DNA from: Spirochaetales bacterium
Lineage (GTDB): Bacteria > Spirochaetota > Spirochaetia > DSM-27196 > SLST01
Reading direction: 5' to 3'
Assembly (NCBI GenBank): GCA_046538735.1
Contig: JBKHII010000003.1
Coordinates: 18,458-82,457 of the forward strand
DNA length: 64,000 nucleotides
A program made the position numbers and the translations under genes. Below are positions 47,714 through 56,818 of the stretch, in pieces. The stretch's first letter is position 1. Every line of letters begins with the position of its first letter. The notes below the pieces were generated by a model. That model searched no databases and was not told the origin of the DNA. It saw nothing but the letters and a program-made list of their open reading frames with translations.

Positions 47714-47914
47714 ATGAGCGACAATGCGGAGATTCGGGAGTTGGTCCACGATCTGAACAACGTCATGACGCGCATCCTCACGGCGGCTGAGCTTCTCGAG
47801 GGAACGCTTCCCGCGGACACGGAGGCGGCCACGGACGCCCGGAACATCCGGTCCGCGGCGCTGAGCGGGCGCGATCTCATCACGTCGATCTCGAAGCAGA
47901 TAGGTTCCCGATAA
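47714..47914 (+). CDS. 66-aa free-standing histidine-kinase DHp (HisKA)-like helical-hairpin protein
   Basis: GAGGGG lies 5 nt before the ATG. 'IRELVHDLNNVMTRILTAAELL' matches the H-box helix of HDxNN-type HisKA domains, followed by a loop and a second helix. No ATPase domain follows, because trmL starts 2 nt after the stop. Confidence 0.5.
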   Translation: MSDNAEIRELVHDLNNVMTRILTAAELLEGTLPADTEAATDARNIRSAALSGRDLITSISKQIGSR

Positions 47915-47915
47915 G

Positions 47916-48383
47916 GTGCACATCGTCCTCGTTGAACCTGAGATCCCTCAGAACACCGGGAACGTCGCCCGCACGTGCGCGGCGCTCGGCGCCGAGCTCC
48001 ACCTGGTCCACCCGCTCGGATTCTCGGTGGACGAGCGCTCGGTCCGCCGAGCCGGGCTCGACTACTGGCACCTCGTCACGCTGCACGAGCATCGCTCGTT
48101 CGCGGAGTTCCTCGCCGAGCGCGGCGACGTCAAGCTCGTTCTCTTCTCGAGCAAGGGCTCAACTCCGTACACCGAGATCGCCTACGACGAATCGTCGCAC
48201 CTCGTCTTCGGCAGCGAAACCTCCGGCCTCTCCGAGTCCGTTCTCGCCGCCCATTCGGGACCGATCGTTCGGATTCCCACGATCGGGCAGGCGCGTTGCC
48301 TCAACCTGAGCAACGCCGTGGCGGTGGCCGCGTACGAGGCGGCGCGCCGGCAGGGGTTCCCCGGCCTCGAGCTCAGCAGATAG
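47916..48383 (+). CDS. trmL: tRNA (cytidine/uridine-2'-O-)-methyltransferase TrmL (SpoU/TrmH family)
   Basis: 'IVLVEPEIPQNTGNVARTC', 'GLDYWH', 'LVFGSETSGL', 'RIP....RCLNLSNAVAV'. Confidence 0.85.
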   Translation: MHIVLVEPEIPQNTGNVARTCAALGAELHLVHPLGFSVDERSVRRAGLDYWHLVTLHEHRSFAEFLAERGDVKLVLFSSKGSTPYTEIAYDESSHLVFGSETSGLSESVLAAHSGPIVRIPTIGQARCLNLSNAVAVAAYEAARRQGFPGLELSR

Positions 48384-48436
48384 CGGCGAACGGCTCCTCC
48401 CGACCATCAACAATTTCGGCACCAGCTCGTACGGGA

Positions 48437-48465
48437 TTGAACGCCACCGGCACCGCATCTATGAT
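48437..48465 (+). promoter_or_regulatory. Putative promoter TTGAAC - 17 nt - TATGAT - 6 nt - ATG (leaderless configuration)
   Basis: TTGAAC at 48437-48442, TATGAT at 48460-48465, ATG at 48472. Register checked against the overlapping track ORFs. Confidence 0.45.
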
Positions 48466-48471
48466 GTGGGC

Positions 48472-49569
48472 ATGGCGGACACGTACATCGTAGCCGAGAT
48501 CGGGACCGGACACGGAGGCGACCTCGCCCACGCGGAGGAGATGATTCACGCCGCGCGGGAGGCGGGAGCCGACTGCACGAAGTTCCAGTACATCATTGCG
48601 CGAGAGATCGTCCACCCGAACACCGGCTCGATCGATCTTCCGGGAGGAGCAACGCCGATCTACGAGCGTTTCGCCGAGCTCGAACGCCCGCTCGAGTTCT
48701 ACGTGAAGCTCGCGTCGTTGTGCGCGAAGCACGGCGTGGACTTCCTCTGCACCCCCTTCGGCGTGGAGAGCGCGCGACACCTGCAGACCCTTCTCCCAAC
48801 CGCGATGAAGATCGCCTCCCCCGAGATCAACCACACCGAGCTCCTGAAGGAGCTCGCCACCTACGAGATCCCGCTCATTATGAGCACGGGCGTATCGCTC
48901 CTCGGCGACATCGAGTACGCGCTCACGATCACCGGCCGGCGGAACGTCACGCTCCTCCATTGCGTAACTGCCTACCCCGCTCCGGAAGAGGAATACAACC
49001 TCCTCGTGATTCCCTCCCTGCGTAACGTCCTCGGCGTTCCGGTTGGGGTTTCGGACCATAGCGAAGACCCCGCGCTCGTTCCCGGCCTCGCGGTTGCGCT
49101 CGGCGCGACCGTCGTTGAGAAGCACTTCACGCTCTCTCGCGACGGCGTCGGGCTGGACGACCGGATCGCCATGGATCCCACGATGTTCACGCACATGGCC
49201 GCCACGATTCGCCGGATCGACGCGATCTGCTCGCTCGACGGCGAGCACGGCGGGGCAAAGGTGATCAACGAGTTCGAAAAGGAGTACGGAGCAGAGCGCA
49301 TCCAGGCCGTCCTGGGGGACGGGATCAAGCGACTCTCGCCGCGCGAGTCGATCTCGTACCGAACCACGCGCCGATCGCTCCTCGCAACGGGCGACATGCC
49401 CGAAGGTCACGTCATCCGAGCGGAAGACATTGCGCCGCTGCGAGCGGAAACACTCGCTCCGGGAATCGAGCCGAGATTCGCGAGCGAGATAATCGGGGCG
49501 CGTCTCGCGAACGCGGTCCCGGGCGGCGGCGCGATCACGTGGGACGCGCTGCTTACGAAGCCTCGCTGA
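48472..49569 (+). CDS. NeuB/PseI/SpsE-family nonulosonic (sialic-like) acid synthase with C-terminal SAF domain
   Basis: '[30 protein letters not shown]', '[13 protein letters not shown]', 'PLIMSTG', '[11 protein letters not shown]', 'GVSDHS'. GTG 48466 is an alternative start. Confidence 0.8.
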   Translation: MADTYIVAEIGTGHGGDLAHAEEMIHAAREAGADCTKFQYIIAREIVHPNTGSIDLPGGATPIYERFAELERPLEFYVKLASLCAKHGVDFLCTPFGVESARHLQTLLPTAMKIASPEINHTELLKELATYEIPLIMSTGVSLLGDIEYALTITGRRNVTLLHCVTAYPAPEEEYNLLVIPSLRNVLGVPVGVSDHSEDPALVPGLAVALGATVVEKHFTLSRDGVGLDDRIAMDPTMFTHMAATIRRIDAICSLDGEHGGAKVINEFEKEYGAERIQAVLGDGIKRLSPRESISYRTTRRSLLATGDMPEGHVIRAEDIAPLRAETLAPGIEPRFASEIIGARLANAVPGGGAITWDALLTKPR

Positions 49570-52255
49570 CGAACCGGCGCAGCACGGTGTGGAGAATGCC
49601 CCCGTTCCGGTAGTAGTCGATCTCGACCGGGCTGTCGAGACGGCACACGGCCGTAAACTCGAAGGTTGAGCCGTCCTCGCGACGAACCGTGACCGGGATC
49701 TCCTGACGCGGCCGGACCCGCTCGTCGATCTGAATCGTGAACGACTCCGCGCCGGTCAGACCAAGGTGCTCGGCGTTCTCGCCCTCCCGATACTGCAGCG
49801 GCAGGATACCCATGCCAACGAGATTGCTCCGGTGGATCCGCTCGAAGCTCTCGGCGACGACGGCGCGAACCCCCAGCAGATAGGTACCCTTCGCCGCCCA
49901 GTCGCGACTCGAGCCCATACCATAGTCCTTGCCGCCGAGCACGATCGTGGGAACTCCCTCCTGCTTGTAGCGAAGGCTCGCGCTGTAGATGTCCGTCCGG
50001 TCGCCGCTGGGAAAGTGCGTGGTGGCGCTGCCCTCGGTACCCGGCGCGAGCTGGTTGCGAAACCGGATATTGGCAAAGGTGCCCCGCGTCATCACGCGGT
50101 CGTTCCCTCGCCTGCTTCCGTAGCTGTTGAAGTCCTTGATCTCCACGCCCTTCTCAACGAGGTACTTCCCCGCGGGGCTCGCCGGGTCGATCGCCCCGGC
50201 GGGACTGATGTGATCCGTCGTCGTGCTGTCTCCCGCCGCTACGAGGACACGCGCGCTCTCAATGGGCGCGATCGGCTCGAGATCGAGCCCCATGCTGGTG
50301 AAGAACGGCGGCTCCTGAATGTAGCCACTCTGCTCGCTCCACGGGTAGAGCTCGTCCGACGAGACGGGGATTGCGTTCCACTGCGGGTTGGAATCCTCGA
50401 GACCGCTGTAGCTCTCGATGAACGCGTTGCGGTCGAGCGCCTTCTGCACGAAGACGGAGAGCTCGTCGTCCGTCGGCCAGATGTCGCGAAGGTAGACCGG
50501 CCTGCCGTTCTCGAGGGTCGCGATCGGCTCCTCGTCCAGGTTGATGTTCACGGTTCCTGCGAGCGCGTACGCGACGACGAGCGGCGGCGAGGCGAGGAAG
50601 TTCGCCTTCGTGTGCGGATTGATCCGTCCCTCGAAGTTGCGATTGCCCGAGAGCACGCCCGCCACGACGAGATCGCCCGATTCGATGCCGGACGAAATGT
50701 TCTCGGGGATAGGGCCGCTGTTCCCGATGCACGTCGTGCATCCGTAGCCCACGAGGTAGAAGCCGAGTTTCTCCAGGAACGGCATCAACCCGGCGCGGAT
50801 GAGGTACTCGGTGACGACCATGCTGCCCGGGGCGAAGCTCGTCTTGACCCACGGCTTCGTCACGAGTCCCGCCTCCACTGCCTTCTTCGCGAGCAGACCC
50901 GCGCCCATGAGCACGGACGGGTTGGACGTGTTGGTACAGCTCGTAATCGCGGCGATCACGACGTCACCGTTGCGAAGCGGGCCGCGCGTTCCGTCGTAGT
51001 ACTCGACCTCCACGGTCTTGGATGCATCATCCTCGTTGAGCGCGAAACCACGGCTTTTGACCGGAGCGCGCAGCGTGTCGTTCCAGCTCGTCTTGAGATC
51101 GCGTACTCTGATACGATCTTGCGGGCGTTTCGGACCGGCGAGGCTCGGTTCCACGGTGGAGAGATCGAGCTCAAGCACCTCCTGATACGTCGGATCGGGC
51201 GTGTCGTCGGTGCGGAACACGCCCTGCGCCTTCGCGTATCGCTCCACGAGATCGATCAGCTCCTCGGGTCGACCCGTTGCATACATGTAGTCGAGCGTCT
51301 GCCTGTCCACCGGGAAGTATCCGACGGTCGCCCCGTACTCCGGGGACATGTTCGAGATCGTCGCGCGGTCGGGCACGGTCATCTTGGAGAGCCCCGAGCC
51401 GAAGAACTCCACGAATCGCCCCACCACGCCGTGCTCGCGGAGCATCTGCGTGACCACGAGCACGAGATCGGTCGCCGTGATCCCCGGCCGGAGCTCGCCC
51501 GAGAGCCTTACTCCAACGACACCGGGCGCGAGCATGTAGATCGGCTGTCCGAGCATCGCGGCCTCCGCCTCGATGCCGCCGACCCCCCACCCCACGACGC
51601 CGAGGCCGTTGATCATCGGCGTGTGGCTGTCGGTTCCCACGAGCGAATCGAAGAACGCGGTCCCGTCTTGCTGCTGCACGACCTTCCCGAGGTACTCGAG
51701 GTTCACCTGGTGGCAGATTCCGCTCGCCGGCGGCACGACGTCGAAATTCTCGAAGGCGCCCTGGCCCCAGCGAAGGAACTCGTAGCGTTCGGCGTTCCGT
51801 GAGAACTCGAACTCGGCGTTGCGCTTCAGCGCTTCAGGAGTGTTGAAGACGTCCACCTGGACCGAGTGGTCGATAACGAGGTTGACGGGAAGCTGCGGGT
51901 TGATTCGCGCCGGATCGCCGCCCAGGCGAGCCATCGCGCTCCGCATCGCGGCAAGATCGACGACGCACGGCACGCCGGTGAAGTCCTGGAGCAGTACGCG
52001 GGCCGGAGTGAACGGAATCTCTATCTCGCCGGGACGCCCAGGATCATAACGGGCGAACTTCTCTACGTGCTCGTCGGTCACTTCCTTCCCGTTGACGTTT
52101 CGCACGACCGACTCGGCGAGAATCCGAATCGAGACCGGAAGACGCGTGAGTCCACTGAATCCTGCTTTCTCGAGTTTCTCCAAACTGTGAAACTTGACGG
52201 GACCTTGCGCCGTCTCGAACGAATCGATAACGTCAAACTTGATAGTGTTGCTCAT
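49553..52255 (-). CDS. acnA: Aconitate hydratase A
   Basis: 900 aa. '[15 protein letters not shown]', 'VDLAAMR', 'GTDSHT', '[10 protein letters not shown]', '[10 protein letters not shown]', 'SGNRNFEGR'. Confidence 0.95.
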   Translation of the reverse strand: MSNTIKFDVIDSFETAQGPVKFHSLEKLEKAGFSGLTRLPVSIRILAESVVRNVNGKEVTDEHVEKFARYDPGRPGEIEIPFTPARVLLQDFTGVPCVVDLAAMRSAMARLGGDPARINPQLPVNLVIDHSVQVDVFNTPEALKRNAEFEFSRNAERYEFLRWGQGAFENFDVVPPASGICHQVNLEYLGKVVQQQDGTAFFDSLVGTDSHTPMINGLGVVGWGVGGIEAEAAMLGQPIYMLAPGVVGVRLSGELRPGITATDLVLVVTQMLREHGVVGRFVEFFGSGLSKMTVPDRATISNMSPEYGATVGYFPVDRQTLDYMYATGRPEELIDLVERYAKAQGVFRTDDTPDPTYQEVLELDLSTVEPSLAGPKRPQDRIRVRDLKTSWNDTLRAPVKSRGFALNEDDASKTVEVEYYDGTRGPLRNGDVVIAAITSCTNTSNPSVLMGAGLLAKKAVEAGLVTKPWVKTSFAPGSMVVTEYLIRAGLMPFLEKLGFYLVGYGCTTCIGNSGPIPENISSGIESGDLVVAGVLSGNRNFEGRINPHTKANFLASPPLVVAYALAGTVNINLDEEPIATLENGRPVYLRDIWPTDDELSVFVQKALDRNAFIESYSGLEDSNPQWNAIPVSSDELYPWSEQSGYIQEPPFFTSMGLDLEPIAPIESARVLVAAGDSTTTDHISPAGAIDPASPAGKYLVEKGVEIKDFNSYGSRRGNDRVMTRGTFANIRFRNQLAPGTEGSATTHFPSGDRTDIYSASLRYKQEGVPTIVLGGKDYGMGSSRDWAAKGTYLLGVRAVVAESFERIHRSNLVGMGILPLQYREGENAEHLGLTGAESFTIQIDERVRPRQEIPVTVRREDGSTFEFTAVCRLDSPVEIDYYRNGGILHTVLRRFVSEAS

Positions 52256-52271
52256 TGACAGCCTCGCGCTG

Positions 52272-52301
52272 AATATAGCCGGTTCCCAAAGATGACTTCA
52301 A
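52272..52301 (-). promoter_or_regulatory. Possible acnA promoter TTGAAG - 18 nt - TATATT
   Basis: The minus strand reads TTGAAGtcatctttgggaaccggcTATATTcagcgcGAGGctgtcaATG. This gives a short leader with an SD. Confidence 0.3.
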
Positions 52302-52321
52302 GTGAAGCGGCGTGCTATAGT
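52292..52321 (+). promoter_or_regulatory. Possible extended -10 promoter (TGcTATAGT) for the E1-lipoyl-KASIII fusion gene
   Basis: TGCTATAGT at about 52313-52321. The same TGnTATAGT form occurs upstream of the mannosidase gene. The -35 is weak (ATGACT). Confidence 0.3.
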
Positions 52322-52374
52322 TCGCGCAACGACACCCCCCATCACGAACTGATGGGGCCGTGAAGGAGATTCCA

Positions 52375-55300
52375 ATGGCACAGACGGTTACACGAACGCC
52401 TACGAAGACGCTTCTGCAACTGTACCGATACATGGTCACGGCTCGCGAAATGGACAGGATCGAGGATGAGTACACGGGACGCGGCGAGGCCTTCTTCCAC
52501 GTCTCGGGCGCGGGCCATGAGGCGAGCGTGATGCTCCAGCCTCACCTCACCGCCTCCGACTGGCTTCACTGCCACTACCGTGACAAGGCGCTCATGCTCG
52601 CGCGCGGCATCTCCCCGGAGATGTTTTTCATGAGCCTCTTCAACAAGGACGGATCGCACTCCCGCGGTCGGCAGATGAACGCGCACATGAGCGCGCCCGA
52701 ACACCGGATCCTCAGCCTCGTGGGACCGGTCGGAAACTCCGCCCTTCAGGCGTCGGGCATCGCGACCGCTGTCAAGGATGAAGAGGGCGCCCCGATCGTG
52801 CTCTGCTCGCTCGGCGACGGCATGACGCAGCAGGGCGAGGTGCTCGAGGCGATCGCGCACGCGGTTCGCGACGAGCTGCCCGTGCTCTTCCTGATTCAGG
52901 ACAATGCGTTCGCGATTTCCACCAAGACGCTCCAGCGAACGTTCTACTCGACCCCCCAAGGCGAGAGCGACGAGTTCTACACGATTCCGATTCGAAGGAT
53001 CGACGGTCGTGATCCGATCTCCTCCTACGACGCCTTCGGAGACGTCGTGAGCAGCATGCGCTCCTCCAGGAAGCCTTCGATCGTGGTCTTCAACGTGGAT
53101 CGCCTGAGCAATCACACGAACGCGGACGACCAACGTATGTACCGGACTCCGGAAGAGATCGAGCACATCCGGGCGACCGGCGACCCGATCAACGTCCTCG
53201 GACGCTACCTCGTGGATGCGGGCGTGGATCCGTCCGAACTCGAGGACGCGCGCGCCGAGATCGAGACCGAGCTTCGCGAGACCGCCAGACGCGTGCAGCG
53301 TTCGCCCGAGCCCGAGCCGACGCGCACGGCGGTGAAGCCGCTCCCGGCACGACTCACGAGCCGCGAGAACGAGTACGCAGGCAAAGAGCCGTCCGCGGAC
53401 GCCCCGGACGAAACACGGTACACGATGATCGAGGCGATCCGCGAAGTGCTTCGCGAACGCCTCGGCAACGACGAGCGCGTGCAGCTCTTCGGCGAGGACC
53501 TCGAAGATCCGAAGGGAGACGTGTTCGGCATCACCCGCGGACTCACGAAGCAGTTCCCCGGTCGGGTCGTCAACTCACCGCTCGCCGAGGCGACGATCCT
53601 CGGCGTCACGATCGGTCAGGCGCTCGCCGGAAAGCGGCCGGTCGCCTTCCTGCAGTTCGCCGACTTCCTCCCGATCGCCTACAACCAGATCTTCGCCGAG
53701 TTGGGCAGCATGTACTGGCGCACGGACGGCGGCTGGCAGGTACCGGTCATCGTGATGGTTACGTGCGGTGGCTACCGGCCCGGGCTCGGCCCGTTCCACG
53801 CGTCCAGCATGGAGGGGATCGCGGCTCACACTCCGGGTGTGGACGTCTTCATGCCGTCCACCGCGGGCGAGGCGGCGGGTCTGCTCAACGCCGCGTTCGA
53901 GAGCGAGCGGCCCACGATCTTCTTCTACCCGAAGAACTGCCTGAACGACAGATCCGCGACAACCACCACGGACGTCTCACGCCAACTCGTTCCGATCGGA
54001 ACGGCTCGAAAGGTCCGAAGCGGCGAGCACCTCACGCTCGTCGGGTGGGGCAACACGGTCCGCCTCTGCTGGCAGGCCGCAACGGCGCTCGAGCAGGGGG
54101 GCGTCTCGGCCGAGATCATCGACCTGAGGAGCATCGTTCCGTGGGACATCGACATGGTCGCCGAGTCGGTCGCGAAGACCGGCAGGCTGATCGTCGTGCA
54201 CGAGGACAATCACACGGCGGGCATGGGCGCCGAGGTCATCGCGACGGTCACCGAACGGATCTCGACTCCGATCGCGGCGCGGCGCGTGACTCGCGGAGAC
54301 ACGTACGTCCCGTGCAACTTCGCCAACCAGCTCGAGGTGCTTCCGTCCTACAAGCGGATCCTCGAGACCGCCGTCGACCTGCTCGGAGGAACGGTTCTCT
54401 GGAAGCTACCCGAGGACTCGGCGACCGGTATCCGCACGGTTGAGGCGATCGGAGCGAGTCCGTCGGACGAGTCGGTGACCGTCATCACGTGGCACATCGA
54501 ACCCGGTGCCGAGATCGCCGAGGGCCAACTCGTGGCCGAGCTCGAGGCCGACAAGGCTGCCTTCGATTACAAGAGCCCGACCGGCGGGACGGTGGATGCG
54601 CTCCTCTGCGAGGAGGGCGATACGGTCAAGGTCGGCGCCCCCTTGTTCAACGTGAAAGTTGTGGAGGGGGAGGTTTCGCTCAAGCCCGTGACCCGAGAGG
54701 AGCCGGGCGATCCGGTCATCACCGGGATCGAGGCGAGCACGCTCTCACACGGGACCGATCGCGCGACGACGACTCGCCCGGGCGCCGCGGCAGCAGCGCA
54801 CGCTGAGCCGGAACTCGGGATCGTTGCCGGACTCGTCGGCGTCGCCACGCGTGTGGGTTCTCGGACGGTGAACAACGACGAGATCTCGAAGATGTGTCCG
54901 GCGTGGAGCCCGGCGGACATCGTGAAGCGCACCGGCATCGAGTCAAGACAGTGGGTCGAAGGCGAGGAGAGCGCGCTCACGCTCGCGGTGGACGCATCGC
55001 GCGACATTCTCGCTCGAAACGGCATGACGGTGGACGACATCGATCTGATCGTCTGCTCGACCGGCACGCCGCTCTACACCACCCCCTCGATGGCTGCGCT
55101 CATCCAGTACGAGCTCGCCGGGGATCGCGACACGGAAACCGGAGCCTACGACCTCAGCGCCGCGTGCTCGGGCTACCTCTACGGGCTCCAGACGTCGTAC
55201 GACTATCTGCAGAGCAAGCCCAATCACAAGATCCTGCTCGTCACGACCGAGGCGCTCTCGCCCAAGCTGGACACGCGCGATCCGGACACCGCGCCGATTT

Positions 55301-55779
55301 TCGGGGACGCAGCGACCGCGAGCATCATCGTAGGCGCGGGAAACGCCGAGATGGCGAGTGCGACGATCTACCGCCCCGCCATCGGGGCTCAGGGCGAATC
55401 GGGCGAGGCGCTCAAGGTTCCGGCGGACGACACCGACCGCATTGCGATGGACGGTCCGAAAGTGTACCAGATCGCGGTGAGGAGCATGATCGACATGCTG
55501 CGACGAGCGTGCGACGAGGCGAGAGTCGGCATCGAACGGCTCAAGCTGATTGTGCCGCACCAGGCGAATCAGCGGATCATCAACGCGGTTCGCCAGCGAA
55601 TGAAGGTACCTGCCGAGATGGTCTACAGCAATATCAGGAAGCTCGGGAACACGTCGAGCTCAACGATCCCGCTCTGCCTCGCCGAGATCCTCGGAACTCG
55701 GGACGCCGGGGAGCTCATCGGAATGACGGCCTTCGGCGGCGGCTTTACGTATGCCGGCGGAGTAATCCAGGTACGGTAG
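52375..55779 (+). CDS. Multidomain fusion: 2-oxoacid dehydrogenase E1 alpha + E1 beta + lipoyl domain + FabH-like 3-oxoacyl-ACP synthase III
   Basis: ATG 52375 lies 6 nt after AAGGAG (the track starts at GTG 52360).
- E1alpha, ~52400-53300: TPP motif 'LGDGMTQQGE...FLIQDNAFAIS'.
- E1beta, ~53415-54400: 'VQLFGEDLEDPKGDVFGITRGL', 'VVNSPLAEA', 'IDLRSIVPWD'.
- Lipoyl domain, ~54435-54665: 'VAELEADKAAFDYKSP', Lys codon at 54553.
- Pro/Ala/Thr linker.
- KAS III, ~54820-55776: Cys 'SAACSGYLYG' (55165), His 'VPHQANQRI' (55558), Asn 'GNTSSSTIP' (55648).
No stop codon or frame change anywhere. Confidence 0.85.
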   Translation: MAQTVTRTPTKTLLQLYRYMVTAREMDRIEDEYTGRGEAFFHVSGAGHEASVMLQPHLTASDWLHCHYRDKALMLARGISPEMFFMSLFNKDGSHSRGRQMNAHMSAPEHRILSLVGPVGNSALQASGIATAVKDEEGAPIVLCSLGDGMTQQGEVLEAIAHAVRDELPVLFLIQDNAFAISTKTLQRTFYSTPQGESDEFYTIPIRRIDGRDPISSYDAFGDVVSSMRSSRKPSIVVFNVDRLSNHTNADDQRMYRTPEEIEHIRATGDPINVLGRYLVDAGVDPSELEDARAEIETELRETARRVQRSPEPEPTRTAVKPLPARLTSRENEYAGKEPSADAPDETRYTMIEAIREVLRERLGNDERVQLFGEDLEDPKGDVFGITRGLTKQFPGRVVNSPLAEATILGVTIGQALAGKRPVAFLQFADFLPIAYNQIFAELGSMYWRTDGGWQVPVIVMVTCGGYRPGLGPFHASSMEGIAAHTPGVDVFMPSTAGEAAGLLNAAFESERPTIFFYPKNCLNDRSATTTTDVSRQLVPIGTARKVRSGEHLTLVGWGNTVRLCWQAATALEQGGVSAEIIDLRSIVPWDIDMVAESVAKTGRLIVVHEDNHTAGMGAEVIATVTERISTPIAARRVTRGDTYVPCNFANQLEVLPSYKRILETAVDLLGGTVLWKLPEDSATGIRTVEAIGASPSDESVTVITWHIEPGAEIAEGQLVAELEADKAAFDYKSPTGGTVDALLCEEGDTVKVGAPLFNVKVVEGEVSLKPVTREEPGDPVITGIEASTLSHGTDRATTTRPGAAAAAHAEPELGIVAGLVGVATRVGSRTVNNDEISKMCPAWSPADIVKRTGIESRQWVEGEESALTLAVDASRDILARNGMTVDDIDLIVCSTGTPLYTTPSMAALIQYELAGDRDTETGAYDLSAACSGYLYGLQTSYDYLQSKPNHKILLVTTEALSPKLDTRDPDTAPIFGDAATASIIVGAGNAEMASATIYRPAIGAQGESGEALKVPADDTDRIAMDGPKVYQIAVRSMIDMLRRACDEARVGIERLKLIVPHQANQRIINAVRQRMKVPAEMVYSNIRKLGNTSSSTIPLCLAEILGTRDAGELIGMTAFGGGFTYAGGVIQVR

Positions 55780-55791
55780 GAAGCGACCACA

Positions 55792-55840
55792 GGGTTCGGC
55801 GGTTGCAGGTTGTGGATCCACTCAGCAACCGCGCGAACCC
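55792..55840. repeat. 49-nt imperfect hairpin with nested GTGGATCCAC palindrome in the 208-bp spacer after the fusion gene
   Basis: GGGTTCGGCGGTTGC ...18 nt... GCAACCGCGCGAACCC gives 15 bp with one bulged G. The loop contains the perfect 10-nt palindrome GTGGATCCAC. No U-tract follows. Confidence 0.6.
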
Positions 55841-55987
55841 GCGGTCATGCCGTTCGGGTGAAAAGAGTCCCGGAGCAAAGGAGGTCGAAATCTCCGGAAG
55901 CGCCGACCCTCAGGCACAAAAACCAAGGAGGACTGTCCATCCTTCTCACTCCTACAACAACGCCGAGGCGGAAAGGTAACATCGATA

Positions 55988-56818
55988 GTGAGGTTTGAGC
56001 CGAAATTCGCGGTCATCACCGGCGCCTCGAGCGGAATCGGCGCGGCGTTCGCGCGCGCGTGTGCGAAGGTTGGTGCGCAGATCGTGATTACCGGCCGACG
56101 CGACACCGTCCTGCGCGGTCAACGCGACGCGCTGCTCGAGCTCGGTGCACGACGCGTTGACGTGATCACGGGCGATCTCGCGGACGAGAACGTGGTATCA
56201 CGACTCGTTTCGGTGATCGCCGAGCGTCCGGTGGACCTGCTTGTGAACAACGCCGGCTTCGGTCACTACGCTCCGCTCGCGGACGCGCGCCTGGAGCCGC
56301 TCGTGGACATGCTTCGCGTTCATGCGGAGGTCCCTCTGCGGCTCGCGCACGCCGCGATCGGCCGGATGGTCGCGCGCGGATCGGGAGTTCTCGTCAACGT
56401 TGGATCGCTCGCCGGACGCGCGGCAGTGCCTGGTTCGGCGGTCTACGTCGCGTCCAAGATCTACCTGGAGCGACTGAGCGAGAGCCTGGCTATCGAAACC
56501 GCACCGCACGGTGTCGTCGTGCAGGCGCTCACGCCGGGGTACGTTCGCACCGATTTCCATCGCGATGTGGACGACATCGAGAAGCTGCAGCGAAACAGAG
56601 GAATCGTACGCTGGATGGATGCCGACGAGGTTGTCGCCGCGAGCGTGCGCGCGATCGAGCGCGCCCGCCTTCGCTACGAACGCCGACCGGGCGTGCTGCC
56701 GAGACGACGCGACGTGGTCGTCGTCCCCGGGTGGACCAACCGACTCCTCGGGGCGCTCGCGCCCTTCGTACCGCGAACGCTCGTCTACCGGGCCGCCGCT
56801 ACTCGCGCTCCACGTTGA
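55988..56818 (+). CDS. Short-chain dehydrogenase/reductase (classical SDR)
   Basis: 'VITGASSGIGAA', 'NNAG', catalytic 'S...YVASK', 'PGYVRTDF'. GTG start. Confidence 0.85.
   Translation: MRFEPKFAVITGASSGIGAAFARACAKVGAQIVITGRRDTVLRGQRDALLELGARRVDVITGDLADENVVSRLVSVIAERPVDLLVNNAGFGHYAPLADARLEPLVDMLRVHAEVPLRLAHAAIGRMVARGSGVLVNVGSLAGRAAVPGSAVYVASKIYLERLSESLAIETAPHGVVVQALTPGYVRTDFHRDVDDIEKLQRNRGIVRWMDADEVVAASVRAIERARLRYERRPGVLPRRRDVVVVPGWTNRLLGALAPFVPRTLVYRAAATRAPR

Noticed and set aside
49766-51802. 678-aa plus-strand ORF
   Set aside because: It is antisense to acnA, whose identity is unambiguous. The sequence is Arg/Val/Asp-rich and featureless.
55810-55998. 62-aa ORF in the spacer after the fusion gene
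   Set aside because: It has a TTG start and no ribosome-binding site, is Arg/Thr-rich, and overlaps the SDR start codon. It is more likely non-coding structured RNA/DNA (see the finding on 55780-55987).
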